Position numbers and translations under genes: made by a program | Shown: in pieces, positions 1 to 9,289 of the stretch | How positions within the stretch are numbered: the first letter of the stretch is position 1 | How the letters are laid out: every line of letters starts with the position of its first letter | Source of the DNA: Candidatus Roizmanbacteria bacterium CG_4_9_14_0_2_um_filter_38_17 | GTDB taxonomy: Bacteria; Patescibacteriota; Microgenomatia; GCA-00278855 | Direction: 5' to 3' | Length of the DNA: 64,000 nucleotides | Assembly (NCBI GenBank): GCA_002788855.1 | Contig: PFSB01000017.1 | Location: 35,739 to 99,738, forward strand | The notes under the pieces: model-generated | Database searches by the model: none | Seen by the model: only the letters and a program-made list of their open reading frames with translations | What the model was told of the DNA's origin: nothing

Positions 1-191
1 ACTATATATAAACCCTCATTGTGTTCACCAAATCTAAAATAGAAAGGCTGAATAGGAGAATATAAAGCCTCTAATCCATTTATGGCAACATCTGGATATA
101 AGCTGTCTATCTGACTGATCTGAGTAAAACGCAGATAAAATCCGACTATACTAATTATGCCAGCTAAAGTTAAAAATAGTTTATTTTTCAT
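1..191 (-). CDS. Partial membrane glycosyltransferase (ArnT/GT39-like), N-terminus only, runs off window
   Basis: Manual translation from ATG at 191 (ATGA overlap with upstream stop): MKNKLFLTLAGIISIVGFYLRFTQISQIDSLYPDVAINGLEAL..., a TM helix followed by an LRF...YPD pattern typical of GT-C starts. Confidence 0.6.
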   Translation of the reverse strand, partial: MKNKLFLTLAGIISIVGFYLRFTQISQIDSLYPDVAINGLEALYSPIQPFYFRFGEHNEGLYI

Positions 192-1744
192 CGCTGTTCT
201 CTCATTAAGATAATGTTATCTATAAATATGCGACTATCTGCAGCCCCAGCGTCTTGCTCAATTAGTATTTTATTAATACTATCGCTATTAATATTTAAAA
301 GTGATAGTGGTATATTCACAATAGCCCAGCCCTTTTCTCCTCCGATTAAAAAGTCATTTACCATAACTTTATTGCTCTGTTTGTTTTGATCGTCAGATAC
401 AGATAGGCTTATAACCTGTTCCACATCTTCTCTATACAGATAGAACTGAATATTTGTGTATGATTGAGTAGAGACTAACTCTGGGAATACAAAGACGGCG
501 CCTGCTTGTGATTTCTTGAATTTAATTAATATTGATTTAAAACCTTCAACTGACATCTCGAGGCTCTTGATATCAGTGTCAGTTTCCCATCCTTCTTGGA
601 CAACATTTACCTTGAATTCATCGTCATAAAGTATATATTGAGAAGGTAAAGCGCTGAGATTTGTTTGAGCTTGCTCATTAATCTCTCTGTAAACTTCAGC
701 CACATTATCACCTTGAAGAGCTGCGTAAACTAATTTACCGTAATCAGATGGAATATATTTAACGTGGTCTTCAAGTAAACATGGACAACCTATGTCATGA
801 AAACTCCACGCTGCCCAGCCAATATCTAGCTGCTTGGCATAGCGGATTAGCGATGTAACATCTTTTTGACTCATACGTGGATACGCGTCTGCGCCAAATT
901 CTCCAATAAAAACAGGCAAATCTTGAGCTATTAATCCAAATATTTCTTCAAACTCTTCTACACTATTGTAGACATTTGCTCTATAAACTATATTGTCAAA
1001 AGGCATAGGATTGGCTAGGTATGGATTAATTTTGCGACCCCAATCTTCACCCGTAACAAAGATTAATGAGCGAGGATGAACTTGACGTACTTGAGCTATT
1101 AATGCACTATAGGCATTAAATATTTCCTCATGGGTAACATCATGCGGCTCAAGCATTAAGTCGTATAAAACAGTTGGGTCGTCTCTGTATTTATCAGCAA
1201 TATCCAGCCACATTTTATATGTCCCTTCATCGGGTAGTTGATTGAATGTTGTGACATATGGATGAATGAGTACATATGCACCTTGTTGTCTCGCTGGGCG
1301 TATAACCTGTTTCTCTAGAGCATCTAGTGTTCCTGCAGGATCACGCAGATAATCCTCTTGAATGATGCGAGTACGTATAATGTTAGCTCCCCAACTATTT
1401 ATAACATATCTCGTAGCCTTTGGATTCCACTTTTGTGTATCCCCTCCCCAGTTAACACCGGCTATATTTACGCCCCGCAATAGGACTCGCTCTCCTGATT
1501 CGTTAATGATATTTTTTTCATCTGTACTAAGCCAAGTGGCAGTTTTGTTTAATCCCAAGATTTGCCTAACAACACTTCCTGTGTCGTTAATAAAAGAACT
1601 CCTAAGACCAGGAAAGATAGAACTAATAAAGAAAATATTAACCAGAATAATAAATATAATTGGAAATATGGATTTTAGGTAAACTATGATCCCGCTAAGC
1701 GGGATGAAACACTTGATTATTTTTAGTAAATTTTTATTCTTCAT
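188..1744 (-). CDS. Glycoside hydrolase family 5 (cellulase-like), N-terminal TM anchor, C-terminal CBM-like domain
   Basis: GERVLLRGVN, WGANIIR, YDLMLEPH (acid/base region, normally NEP), PVFIGEFG (nucleophile), GWAAW motifs. Confidence 0.85.
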   Translation of the reverse strand: MKNKNLLKIIKCFIPLSGIIVYLKSIFPIIFIILVNIFFISSIFPGLRSSFINDTGSVVRQILGLNKTATWLSTDEKNIINESGERVLLRGVNIAGVNWGGDTQKWNPKATRYVINSWGANIIRTRIIQEDYLRDPAGTLDALEKQVIRPARQQGAYVLIHPYVTTFNQLPDEGTYKMWLDIADKYRDDPTVLYDLMLEPHDVTHEEIFNAYSALIAQVRQVHPRSLIFVTGEDWGRKINPYLANPMPFDNIVYRANVYNSVEEFEEIFGLIAQDLPVFIGEFGADAYPRMSQKDVTSLIRYAKQLDIGWAAWSFHDIGCPCLLEDHVKYIPSDYGKLVYAALQGDNVAEVYREINEQAQTNLSALPSQYILYDDEFKVNVVQEGWETDTDIKSLEMSVEGFKSILIKFKKSQAGAVFVFPELVSTQSYTNIQFYLYREDVEQVISLSVSDDQNKQSNKVMVNDFLIGGEKGWAIVNIPLSLLNINSDSINKILIEQDAGAADSRIFIDNIILMREQR

Positions 1745-3339
1745 TATTCTTTGTTAACTTTGTTAACTTTGTTAACTTTCCGCAAAATGTAACGAATCTG
1801 TTGGTCTTTTGTTCCAGACTTAATTCCCTGGATAATCTCTTCTGCCTCTAGCGTTGTACTACCTCCAGTATAATTAGTGAAGTCTATAACTAAATCACTA
1901 TTGATATATGCGTTGTAGAGGATCGTGTTATTTTCTACTGAATATGTATCGATAAGATTCTGCCGGTCTACGATATAATCTATAGACTTCCAGGTATTAT
2001 TAAGCCTCTCAATTGTAGCTGGATCCCTGTCAACTTTTTTGGCCATTTCAGATAGGGGAAAACTAATTGAGTTGGCTCCGTATGGCAACCTAAGATCTAA
2101 GAACATCCAGTCATCACTTATAATCACATCTTTTTGGGAGAGATTTTGTCTGATATATTTAAGTAAAGCAACTTGCTCATTAACACGATTCTGAGTATAT
2201 AGTTGCCCCCCAGTCAGCAGCAAGTAAATAGTAACAATTGGTAGGACTACAATGAGACTTTTGAGCAGTAATTGGCGTGCTAGGATGGACATCTTATGAT
2301 AGACGAGATTGATCACTAAGCTTATGTTGATTGTCAGAAATGTCAGCACGGGAATAATATAAAAACCTTGAATTAGTTGTCCGCGCAGAAGAAACGCGCT
2401 GTAGCCAATTGTTGCTATTAAAGAAGTGATGATAATTGAATTGCGCTTATATAAGCTGTACATTAATAGTGCCAATGTTGAGGCAACGCCAATTACTAAG
2501 AATGCTCTGTCTAACCCTAGCCATTCCGTAAGAGAGAGATCAAAGTAACTATTCTTGACCCAAGGATACTCCCCTCCACCTCTCCCCAACTGATATTGAA
2601 CTGTTTCAATTAAACTAACATGCTTTCCACCAGTAATTTGATCGGATAAAAACTCATTCCTAAGTAAAGCAGTTAAGGGAAATAGCCCAATAATAAATAA
2701 TGTGGTGATGAGCCAAGTGCCGATGGCATACAGCTTCAATGCGCCTTTGTTTAAGCTCCAAGCAAGATACAAGTAGGCTGGGTAGACGAATAAAGCAAAC
2801 TCTTTAGATAAAGCAGCGATTCCAAACGTCAGCGCTGACATGATAACCCTTTGCAGATTTCCGGCACCTGAAACAAGTAAATATAATGAGACTACTAGCC
2901 AAAGATTTTGGATATTATCTAGTAAAACCTGTCTATGAAAATAGATTGATAGTGGTGAAAATATTAGAAAAATTGTTCCAGCTAAGGCGATTATTTTCTT
3001 GCTGGTGACTTTTTCTAATAGTAAATATGTAAACAAATTTGCGACGCTAGCTACTATGACCATCAGCAATCTTGCAGATACAATAGATATTCCAAAAGTA
3101 AACGGACCACCTGTAAGTAAAAACCAGAGCCCTATAAATATCCACCCCAATGGAGGGTGGTCATAAAAGTAGGTATATGGGCTTAGTTGTCCACCATTTA
3201 CTGACCACCATCCTTGCGCAGCGTAGATACCCTCGTCAACATAAAATTCAGGATATTGCCAGAAATTAATAAAATGGGTGGCAAATGTCCCAAAGAAAAC
3301 AAAAAATGGAAATGTGTATTTGTTTACTATTCGTTTCAT
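1744..3339 (-). CDS. ArnT/GT39-family membrane glycosyltransferase
   Basis: DEGIY, YDHPPLGW, many TM helices, ALSKE motif. Confidence 0.85.
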   Translation of the reverse strand: MKRIVNKYTFPFFVFFGTFATHFINFWQYPEFYVDEGIYAAQGWWSVNGGQLSPYTYFYDHPPLGWIFIGLWFLLTGGPFTFGISIVSARLLMVIVASVANLFTYLLLEKVTSKKIIALAGTIFLIFSPLSIYFHRQVLLDNIQNLWLVVSLYLLVSGAGNLQRVIMSALTFGIAALSKEFALFVYPAYLYLAWSLNKGALKLYAIGTWLITTLFIIGLFPLTALLRNEFLSDQITGGKHVSLIETVQYQLGRGGGEYPWVKNSYFDLSLTEWLGLDRAFLVIGVASTLALLMYSLYKRNSIIITSLIATIGYSAFLLRGQLIQGFYIIPVLTFLTINISLVINLVYHKMSILARQLLLKSLIVVLPIVTIYLLLTGGQLYTQNRVNEQVALLKYIRQNLSQKDVIISDDWMFLDLRLPYGANSISFPLSEMAKKVDRDPATIERLNNTWKSIDYIVDRQNLIDTYSVENNTILYNAYINSDLVIDFTNYTGGSTTLEAEEIIQGIKSGTKDQQIRYILRKVNKVNKVNKE

Positions 3340-4673
3340 TCTATATAGTATTGTTGTAATCTATGAGTATTGTAGTGTTCTGTTTTTTCCCAGTTATTAT
3401 CTCCTAGTAATATCTGAATTCCCCCTCTCAATGAGGAATATGCGAGTACTAGCTGATAAGGAAAATAAACTATAAGTAATAATATATAAATCATAGCAGA
3501 GCTTGCTATCTGATAGCTATACTTGAATTCATATAAACCGATGAGCATTAGAATAATATGGATAATCAGAAAATAGAGAGGTATAAATGAGTATAAAGTT
3601 AGCATAAATGGAACCCTAGAATTCAAAGCTAAAGTTGGTAAGATAACAAATCCAATTAAACTAAAATGATAGATCACGGGTTGTAAAATAACGTATAGAG
3701 CAAGTAACTGCTGTTTTAAGGTAGGAAGCTTGGTCCAGATGCCACTAAAAAGTATCTGAAAATATCCTCTATTCCAGCGTGATCGCTGTTTAATAAATGA
3801 ATTAAGATTTGCTGGTGTTTCTTCGAGAGTTGCAATACGCACATCGTTAATTGCCGTGATTTTGTATCCTGCCGCTGATAAACGCATTCCAATATCTGCA
3901 TCTTCCGTGAGCTTGGTGTCATCCCAACCTCCTATGCTCTGTAAAACAGAACGCGCAAAGAATACCGTATTTCCACCAAGAGGTGTAGCGCCTAAATCGC
4001 TAAACATGGGAATTACCGATTTAAACCAGTAGTAATACTCTAAGACATTTAATGGAGCAAACCATGATGCGTTAACAGTAACTAACTGCACTGCTGACTG
4101 AACTACATCTACTTTTCGCTTGCTAAATGTTGAATTAACTGCAGTTACTATATCCATATGAGGTTCGTCTTCAGCGTCAAATACTCCAATAAAATCACCA
4201 GTTGCATGAAGCAAGCCCTCATTAAGAGCTCTTGCTTTGTTGACTGGATAACCCGCGTAGGTAATTAGTTTTATATCTGTTCCATTTAATTCAGGTAATA
4301 GTTCGCGCACCTTATTGATTGTGCCTGTATCGTCATTGCGAATAACAACAATAACCTCAAATAATTGCTTAGGATAATTAATCTTTGCCATTGCTCGCAG
4401 CGTGTCCTGAATTACTTTTTCTTCGAATCTCGCTGGAATAATTAAGGTAAACTTACTCTTAATTGTAGATAAGGTCTCCATATCTGGTTTTAGATGTGTA
4501 AGGTCTTTGTCTATAAACCATGAATATAGTAGCCCATAAGTAGAGAAAGCTCCTTGGAGGATAAGGAGTGTAGTAAATACAAACAACAGCGAGCTTATGA
4601 GAGTTAAGCTTAAAAGCTGAGTTAAGCCCAATAATCCTAGTAAAAATACTGTAATAATAAGTACTGCTTTCAT
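3336..4673 (-). CDS. GT2 processive glycosyltransferase (cellulose synthase-like)
   Basis: IPARFE, NKARALN, FDAED, LTEDAD, KQRSRW (QxxRW) with flanking TM helices. Confidence 0.9.
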   Translation of the reverse strand: MKAVLIITVFLLGLLGLTQLLSLTLISSLLFVFTTLLILQGAFSTYGLLYSWFIDKDLTHLKPDMETLSTIKSKFTLIIPARFEEKVIQDTLRAMAKINYPKQLFEVIVVIRNDDTGTINKVRELLPELNGTDIKLITYAGYPVNKARALNEGLLHATGDFIGVFDAEDEPHMDIVTAVNSTFSKRKVDVVQSAVQLVTVNASWFAPLNVLEYYYWFKSVIPMFSDLGATPLGGNTVFFARSVLQSIGGWDDTKLTEDADIGMRLSAAGYKITAINDVRIATLEETPANLNSFIKQRSRWNRGYFQILFSGIWTKLPTLKQQLLALYVILQPVIYHFSLIGFVILPTLALNSRVPFMLTLYSFIPLYFLIIHIILMLIGLYEFKYSYQIASSAMIYILLLIVYFPYQLVLAYSSLRGGIQILLGDNNWEKTEHYNTHRLQQYYIE

Positions 4674-4769
4674 ATCCTATAGTGTAGTGATTATTATACC
4701 TCCATTGAGTTCAAATGCAAGTTTATTTACCAAGAAATCTCTAGAGGGGTTTGATTACCAATGAGGAAG

Positions 4770-5435
4770 TTATTGGAGCTCCACATTAACAAAAGTAACT
4801 CCGTCATTCAATGGATGTGGTTCTACATCACAACCTTGAAATGGACTTACTTCTTGCATGTTTTGTGATCCTCCACGATCAGTTAACCCCATGGAGAAAG
4901 TAACATTTGCTCGATCATCACCATATCTCCAGCGATCCATCTGTAAACTAACTGCTGATGTTTGTGCATCTGGTTGACCGTCTGCTGTCCATTTTATAAG
5001 ACTAGCATGGCTTTTGAATGCATCTGGAAGCTCCACTCGTGCATATGAGCGGACTTGAGCTGTTCCCTCTGTGATCATTTGTGCAACTTGTTCGCTGTTT
5101 AAAGAGTATGTCTGGCCTGTTCCCACTACTTTGCCGTTTTTAACCTCGTCGTGTTCGTGCATAGTTAGGGAGAATGGATAAGGGGTTAATGTTTCAGCTG
5201 CTTCTGCTGCTGGTGTAGCTGTTTCTACAGCTGCTGGTGTGTTCCCATTTGGATTAATCCAAGAAGCTTGCAATGTAGCCATGGCTTCTGGTTCGTTAGC
5301 CATGATAGTTGCAATTGGTGATGCGTTATCTTGATTACTGACTATCTTAAGTGCAGCTTCCTGAACTGAAGGAGCACATCCGCCAGTTAGTCCAGCTGCC
5401 AAAGTTAGTCTTAATGCTGTTTCTCTTAAATTCAT
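4770..5435 (-). CDS. Hypothetical putative lipoprotein
   Basis: Signal peptide ending LTGGC, Ala/Thr/Pro-rich linker, consensus promoter upstream. Confidence 0.6.
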   Translation of the reverse strand: MNLRETALRLTLAAGLTGGCAPSVQEAALKIVSNQDNASPIATIMANEPEAMATLQASWINPNGNTPAAVETATPAAEAAETLTPYPFSLTMHEHDEVKNGKVVGTGQTYSLNSEQVAQMITEGTAQVRSYARVELPDAFKSHASLIKWTADGQPDAQTSAVSLQMDRWRYGDDRANVTFSMGLTDRGGSQNMQEVSPFQGCDVEPHPLNDGVTFVNVELQ

Positions 5436-5456
5436 ATTTATTAAACTCGAGAGGTT

Positions 5457-5485
5457 ATTATAACTGGATATTTTATCTTTGTCAA
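5457..5485 (-). promoter_or_regulatory. Sigma70 promoter for 4770..5435
   Basis: TTGACA-17 bp-TATAAT on minus strand; the -35 box lies at the left end of the 107-bp repeat. Confidence 0.75.
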
Positions 5486-5585
5486 GACTATGGGTTTGTA
5501 GTTACTAGCTTAAGGCAAGACCTTTCATTTTATGCAAGGTCTTGCCTTGTCTCGTAAGCGAGCTACTAACTCTAGCTTGACACAT
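5479..5585. repeat. 107-bp direct repeat, copy 1 (contains doublet hairpin 5512-5548)
   Basis: 105/107 identical to 6144-6250 by manual alignment. Confidence 0.95.
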
Positions 5586-5649
5586 GTAATGTAATATCCT
5601 ATAGGTTAAGGCTATAAGGGTTTTGAATCGCATATGTTATAATTAATTT

Positions 5650-5919
5650 ATGAAAACATCTGTTTTATCATTTCGGACTGTGATTGAGAAAGATGGCACT
5701 TCGTACCATGGGCATGTTCCTTCCTTGCCAGGATGCCACACTCAAGGAGAGTCAATTGAACAAACCCGCAAATACCTTAGAGAAGCAATAGCTGGTTATC
5801 TTAAAACACTTAAAAAACAAGGGTTGATAATTCCCACAGACGAAAGCTATGAATCTGTTGAGTCCTTTGACATGCGTAGCCTTTTTGAAAATCACCCCTC
5901 TTCTCAATCGTATGTCTAA
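5650..5919 (+). CDS. hicB: HicB-family antitoxin
   Basis: VPSLPGCHTQGESIEQ...LREAI motif. Confidence 0.9.
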   Translation: MKTSVLSFRTVIEKDGTSYHGHVPSLPGCHTQGESIEQTRKYLREAIAGYLKTLKKQGLIIPTDESYESVESFDMRSLFENHPSSQSYV

Positions 5920-6130
5920 TATTCCTGTTATAACTGCTCGAAAACTGATTAAACTTTTAAGAAAAAATGGCTTTGTTCATTCTAGAACAGAAGGTAGTCA
6001 CCAGATATTTTTCCATCCAGGAAACAAGCGCATTGTTTCAGTTCCCGTTCATGCTGGAAAAGACCTTGGACGTGGAATCACCCGAGCGATTTTAAAAGAC
6101 GCTGATATCTTACCTGAAAGCTCTCTCTAA
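5912..6130 (+). CDS. hicA: HicA-family mRNA interferase toxin
   Basis: LIKLLRKNGF...GSHQIF...VPVHAGKDLGRG; start moved to ATG 5912 overlapping the hicB end. Confidence 0.9.
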   Translation: MSNIPVITARKLIKLLRKNGFVHSRTEGSHQIFFHPGNKRIVSVPVHAGKDLGRGITRAILKDADILPESSL

Positions 6131-6143
6131 AATAAACTGTTTA

Positions 6144-6250
6144 TTGTCAAGACTATGGGTTTGTAGTTACTAGCTTAAGGCAAGACCTTTCATTTCATGC
6201 AAGGTCTTGCCTTGTCTCGTAAGCGAGCTACTAACTCTAACTTGACACAT
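6144..6250. repeat. 107-bp direct repeat, copy 2 (contains doublet hairpin 6177-6213)
   Basis: 105/107 identical to 5479-5585. Confidence 0.95.
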
Positions 6251-6270
6251 TCATAAAGGCAACCTATAAT
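6242..6270 (+). promoter_or_regulatory. Sigma70 promoter for 6279..6944
   Basis: TTGACA-17 bp-TATAAT, ending 8 bp before the ATG. Confidence 0.8.
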
Positions 6271-6278
6271 ACACGACT

Positions 6279-6944
6279 ATGAGCAATACTCTTACAAAGA
6301 AACTCTTTACTATTACTGCGTTGGCAATTATTCTAGGGAGTGTGTTTGGTTTTTCTGAAAGCAATGTGGATGGGAAGTCGGCCAGTGCTTTTATAGATAA
6401 GAAGATCAATAAATCTGGGACTAGTGATTATTATGATAATCTAACCGGATCAGATGCGTTTAAACCAGGAGAGGTAATCACCTACAAGATTTTTGTTCGT
6501 AACACCGGAGATGTAGATATTGTAAATATTCGCGTTAAGGATATATTTTCAAAATATGTTAACTATCACTCTGCTCCATCAGGAGGAGACTATAAAGATG
6601 GCGTGTGGGAAATAAATATAGGAACTCTTGCGCCTGGCGACACCAAAACATTAATGGTTCGTGGGTTAGTTGTGGGTAATCAAGACTTACCTAGTGATCA
6701 AAGCTTAATTTGTGATCTTAAAAATCGTGCGGAGATGCATGGTGATGTTTCTGGAGGTTTACTTGTAGCTGATGAGGCAGAGTTCTGTATTGAGCATGGA
6801 GTGATTACAACTACTGCGGTTACCACTTATGGTAAGGGTGGACCAGTTGCAGACTACTTACCTGAAGCAGGAGCTGGCAGTGTGATATTGATCACTTCAC
6901 TTCTATCTGGAGCAGGTCTGGCTTTCCGCAAGTTTGCTAAATAA
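6279..6944 (+). CDS. Secreted DUF11/Ig-like surface protein with sortase-type C-terminal signal
   Basis: Signal peptide, PGEVITYKIFVRNTG...VKD...IGTLAPG, C-terminal LPEAG + hydrophobic helix + RK tail. Confidence 0.75.
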   Translation: MSNTLTKKLFTITALAIILGSVFGFSESNVDGKSASAFIDKKINKSGTSDYYDNLTGSDAFKPGEVITYKIFVRNTGDVDIVNIRVKDIFSKYVNYHSAPSGGDYKDGVWEINIGTLAPGDTKTLMVRGLVVGNQDLPSDQSLICDLKNRAEMHGDVSGGLLVADEAEFCIEHGVITTTAVTTYGKGGPVADYLPEAGAGSVILITSLLSGAGLAFRKFAK

Positions 6945-6977
6945 GTTGGTTGAATCGTCAACTAATCGTCAACCTTG

Positions 6978-7451
6978 CTACTCTGTAATCACCTGGGATA
7001 TTCTAATATCGTGTTCTGCTTGTGGTAATTCTGAAAAGATCTGAAAAGAAAAAGCGAGAGCTATGGTTGGAACGGAAAGATTTTCCAGAAAGCGGTCATA
7101 GTATCCCGCTCCTCTACCAATGCGTACACCGCTTTTTGTGAAGGCACGTCCCGGAACAATAATTAAATCCAGATCACTGGGGTTAATAGCTGTATTTTCA
7201 AAAAGCTTAACTGACGAAAGACTGTTCCCTTCTATTTTTGGAATATAAAAATCCTTTTTTATTTTAAATAGCGATTGTATTTGTACTTCGTCTCTAAGTG
7301 GCAAATAAACCATTATCTTATTAGATTTATCAAAGGACTGGCCTTTGATAAAATTGTCTATAAGAGAGGTGCTGTGGCTAGTTAAATCCTCAGTAGATAA
7401 TTTGTCAAATTCTTTTTTGATCAAATCTCGGTAATACTGTTTGTTTTGCAT
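6978..7451 (-). CDS. 5-formyltetrahydrofolate cyclo-ligase
   Basis: DLIIVPGRAF...RIGRGAGYYDRFL; start trimmed to MQNKQ to avoid overlap with trmD. Confidence 0.9.
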   Translation of the reverse strand: MQNKQYYRDLIKKEFDKLSTEDLTSHSTSLIDNFIKGQSFDKSNKIMVYLPLRDEVQIQSLFKIKKDFYIPKIEGNSLSSVKLFENTAINPSDLDLIIVPGRAFTKSGVRIGRGAGYYDRFLENLSVPTIALAFSFQIFSELPQAEHDIRISQVITE

Positions 7452-7471
7452 CTTTTGGTAAAATGAATATA

Positions 7472-7487
7472 GGTAAACTATGAAACA
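7472..7487 (+). repeat. Dispersed motif GGTAAACYATGAAACA, at trmD start
   Basis: Exact match GGTAAACTATGAAACA. Confidence 0.9.
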
Positions 7488-8193
7488 TATGAATATAGAC
7501 ATTATAACTTTATTTCCCAAGATGTTCTCTGGACCATTCGAGGAATCAATAGTACAAAGAGCTCAGGATAAGAAACTTGTTCAGATAACTATCTACGACC
7601 TGCGTAACTGGGCTTTGGATAAACGTGGAACTGTAGATGACAAGCCTTATGGAGGAGGCACGGGAATGCTCTTGCGGCCTGAACCAATATTTGATGTAGT
7701 TAAAGATATTAAGTCCAAAAGTCCGACCAGTCACTTCGTAAAAGGTCGGACCTTAAATACAAGGGTTGTGCTGTTGGATGCGGGAGGAGAATTATATAAT
7801 CAAAAAAAAGCAGCTGAATACAGCAAGTTGGATCAGCTTATTTTAATCTGTGGCCATTATGAGGGAGTAGATTATCGTGTACACGAACATCTAGCTGACG
7901 AAATAATCTCCATTGGAAATTTTGTTCTAACGGGTGGAGAAATTCCTGCAATGCTTATAGCTGACTCAGTGACTAGGCTAATACCTGGGGTTTTAGAAAA
8001 AGAAGAAGCAACTACCATTGAATCATTCTCTGATGAGATGACATTGGAATATCCTCAATATACCAGACCTGAAATATACCAAGGGCATAAGGTCCCAGAA
8101 ATATTACTATCTGGTGATCATGCAAAGATAGATAACTGGAGAAAAGAAGAGAGTATTAAGAGAACTGAAGTTAATCGTTCAGATCTGGCTTAA
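7480..8193 (+). CDS. trmD: tRNA (guanine37-N1)-methyltransferase
   Basis: IDIITLFP, VDDKPYGGG, CGHYEGVD, GGEIPA, LEYPQYTRP; true start may be 7489. Confidence 0.97.
   Translation: MKHMNIDIITLFPKMFSGPFEESIVQRAQDKKLVQITIYDLRNWALDKRGTVDDKPYGGGTGMLLRPEPIFDVVKDIKSKSPTSHFVKGRTLNTRVVLLDAGGELYNQKKAAEYSKLDQLILICGHYEGVDYRVHEHLADEIISIGNFVLTGGEIPAMLIADSVTRLIPGVLEKEEATTIESFSDEMTLEYPQYTRPEIYQGHKVPEILLSGDHAKIDNWRKEESIKRTEVNRSDLA
7718..7754. repeat. Doublet hairpin element in frame inside trmD
   Basis: AAAGTCCGACCAG-TCACTTCGTAA-AAGGTCGGACCTT; encodes SPTSHFVKGRTL. Confidence 0.7.
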
Positions 8194-9253
8194 TATTTAG
8201 CCTAATTGTTTGCATATCTGTGGATGCAATATCCGTAAGGTAGTGTTCGTCTGCTGTTGTAATAATTGTTTGGTATCCAGAAATAATATTTTGAATAAGT
8301 TGGCGATGCTGTTTATCTAGTTCAGAAAAGATATCATCAAGTAAAAGAACTGGTTTTTCTTGGGTTTGGTGTTCCAGATACTTAAGCTCGCCATATTTTA
8401 GCCAAAGCACCCCCATGCGTTGTTCTCCTCTACTCCCAAATTGATCAAGATTAATTTTAGACTTTTCATTATTTAAGCAGAGAATAATATCGTCGCGGTG
8501 AGGGCCTACTAAGGTGTATCCTGCGGAGAGTTCAGCTTGTTGGTATTTTAATAGACGCTCTTTACTGATAGCGCTATGGTCATAGTTAAGAATAAAATTA
8601 AATTCAGGCGTATGTTGATTGTTTAAAAAGCTAATACATTCTTCGCGAAACTTTGTAATTATTTGTCCGTGCATAATTACCAAGCTGTCCCAGTGAGTTA
8701 ACTCATCTTCACGAAGAGTATTTTCCTCTCTCATTCTGTATAGTAGTTTATTTCTTCTACGTATTGCTTTTTCATATTCCGTCAAAGCGTGGGCATATTT
8801 TCTGTCTGTTTGGATAAGCACGCTGTCTAAAAAGTTTCTGCGCCTTGCCGGGGATCCAGTTATTAGCTGAATATCCTCTGGACTAAAAACAACAGCGTTA
8901 AATTCTCCTACGAAATTACTTTTTTGCTTGCCTACTCCATTTACCAGATATCTTTTTCCTGCTGTTCGTGTTCCGTTTGTTGTTCCGTTTGTTGTTATTA
9001 TTGTCAGCTCTTGTTTTCCATTTTGATTAGTTATGAATCCTTCAATTCTCGCTAGTTCAGATTCATGTGCAATTACAGCTTTTTCTACCAGTGCTCGAAA
9101 ACTTTTGCCTGTGGCTAGTAGATAAATAGCCTCTAGGATATTTGTCTTGCCTGCAGTGTTAGGCCCCACAATTGTGGTTAATGTAGGTGAAAACTTAAAC
9201 ATATGATCGTTGTATACGCGAAAATTATGAAGCTTAATATTTTGTATGAACAT
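8171..9253 (-). CDS. recF: DNA replication/repair protein RecF
   Basis: Walker A GPNTAGKTN, GSPARRRNFLD, GPHRDD, SRGEQR, LLLDDIFSELD. Confidence 0.95.
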   Translation of the reverse strand: MFIQNIKLHNFRVYNDHMFKFSPTLTTIVGPNTAGKTNILEAIYLLATGKSFRALVEKAVIAHESELARIEGFITNQNGKQELTIITTNGTTNGTRTAGKRYLVNGVGKQKSNFVGEFNAVVFSPEDIQLITGSPARRRNFLDSVLIQTDRKYAHALTEYEKAIRRRNKLLYRMREENTLREDELTHWDSLVIMHGQIITKFREECISFLNNQHTPEFNFILNYDHSAISKERLLKYQQAELSAGYTLVGPHRDDIILCLNNEKSKINLDQFGSRGEQRMGVLWLKYGELKYLEHQTQEKPVLLLDDIFSELDKQHRQLIQNIISGYQTIITTADEHYLTDIASTDMQTIRLNIKPDLND

Positions 9254-9289
9254 TAAAGGATAATAACATTAATACGAAAGCTTGGAGTA

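Noticed and set aside
1751-1779. 9-bp tandem repeat (KVN x3), also the 11-bp duplication at 6953-6974
   Set aside because: Simple slippage repeats with no evidence of function.
5479-6250. Integron cassette with attC sites around hicBA
   Set aside because: The repeats lack RYYYAAC...GTTRRRY ends and no IntI-type integrase is present.
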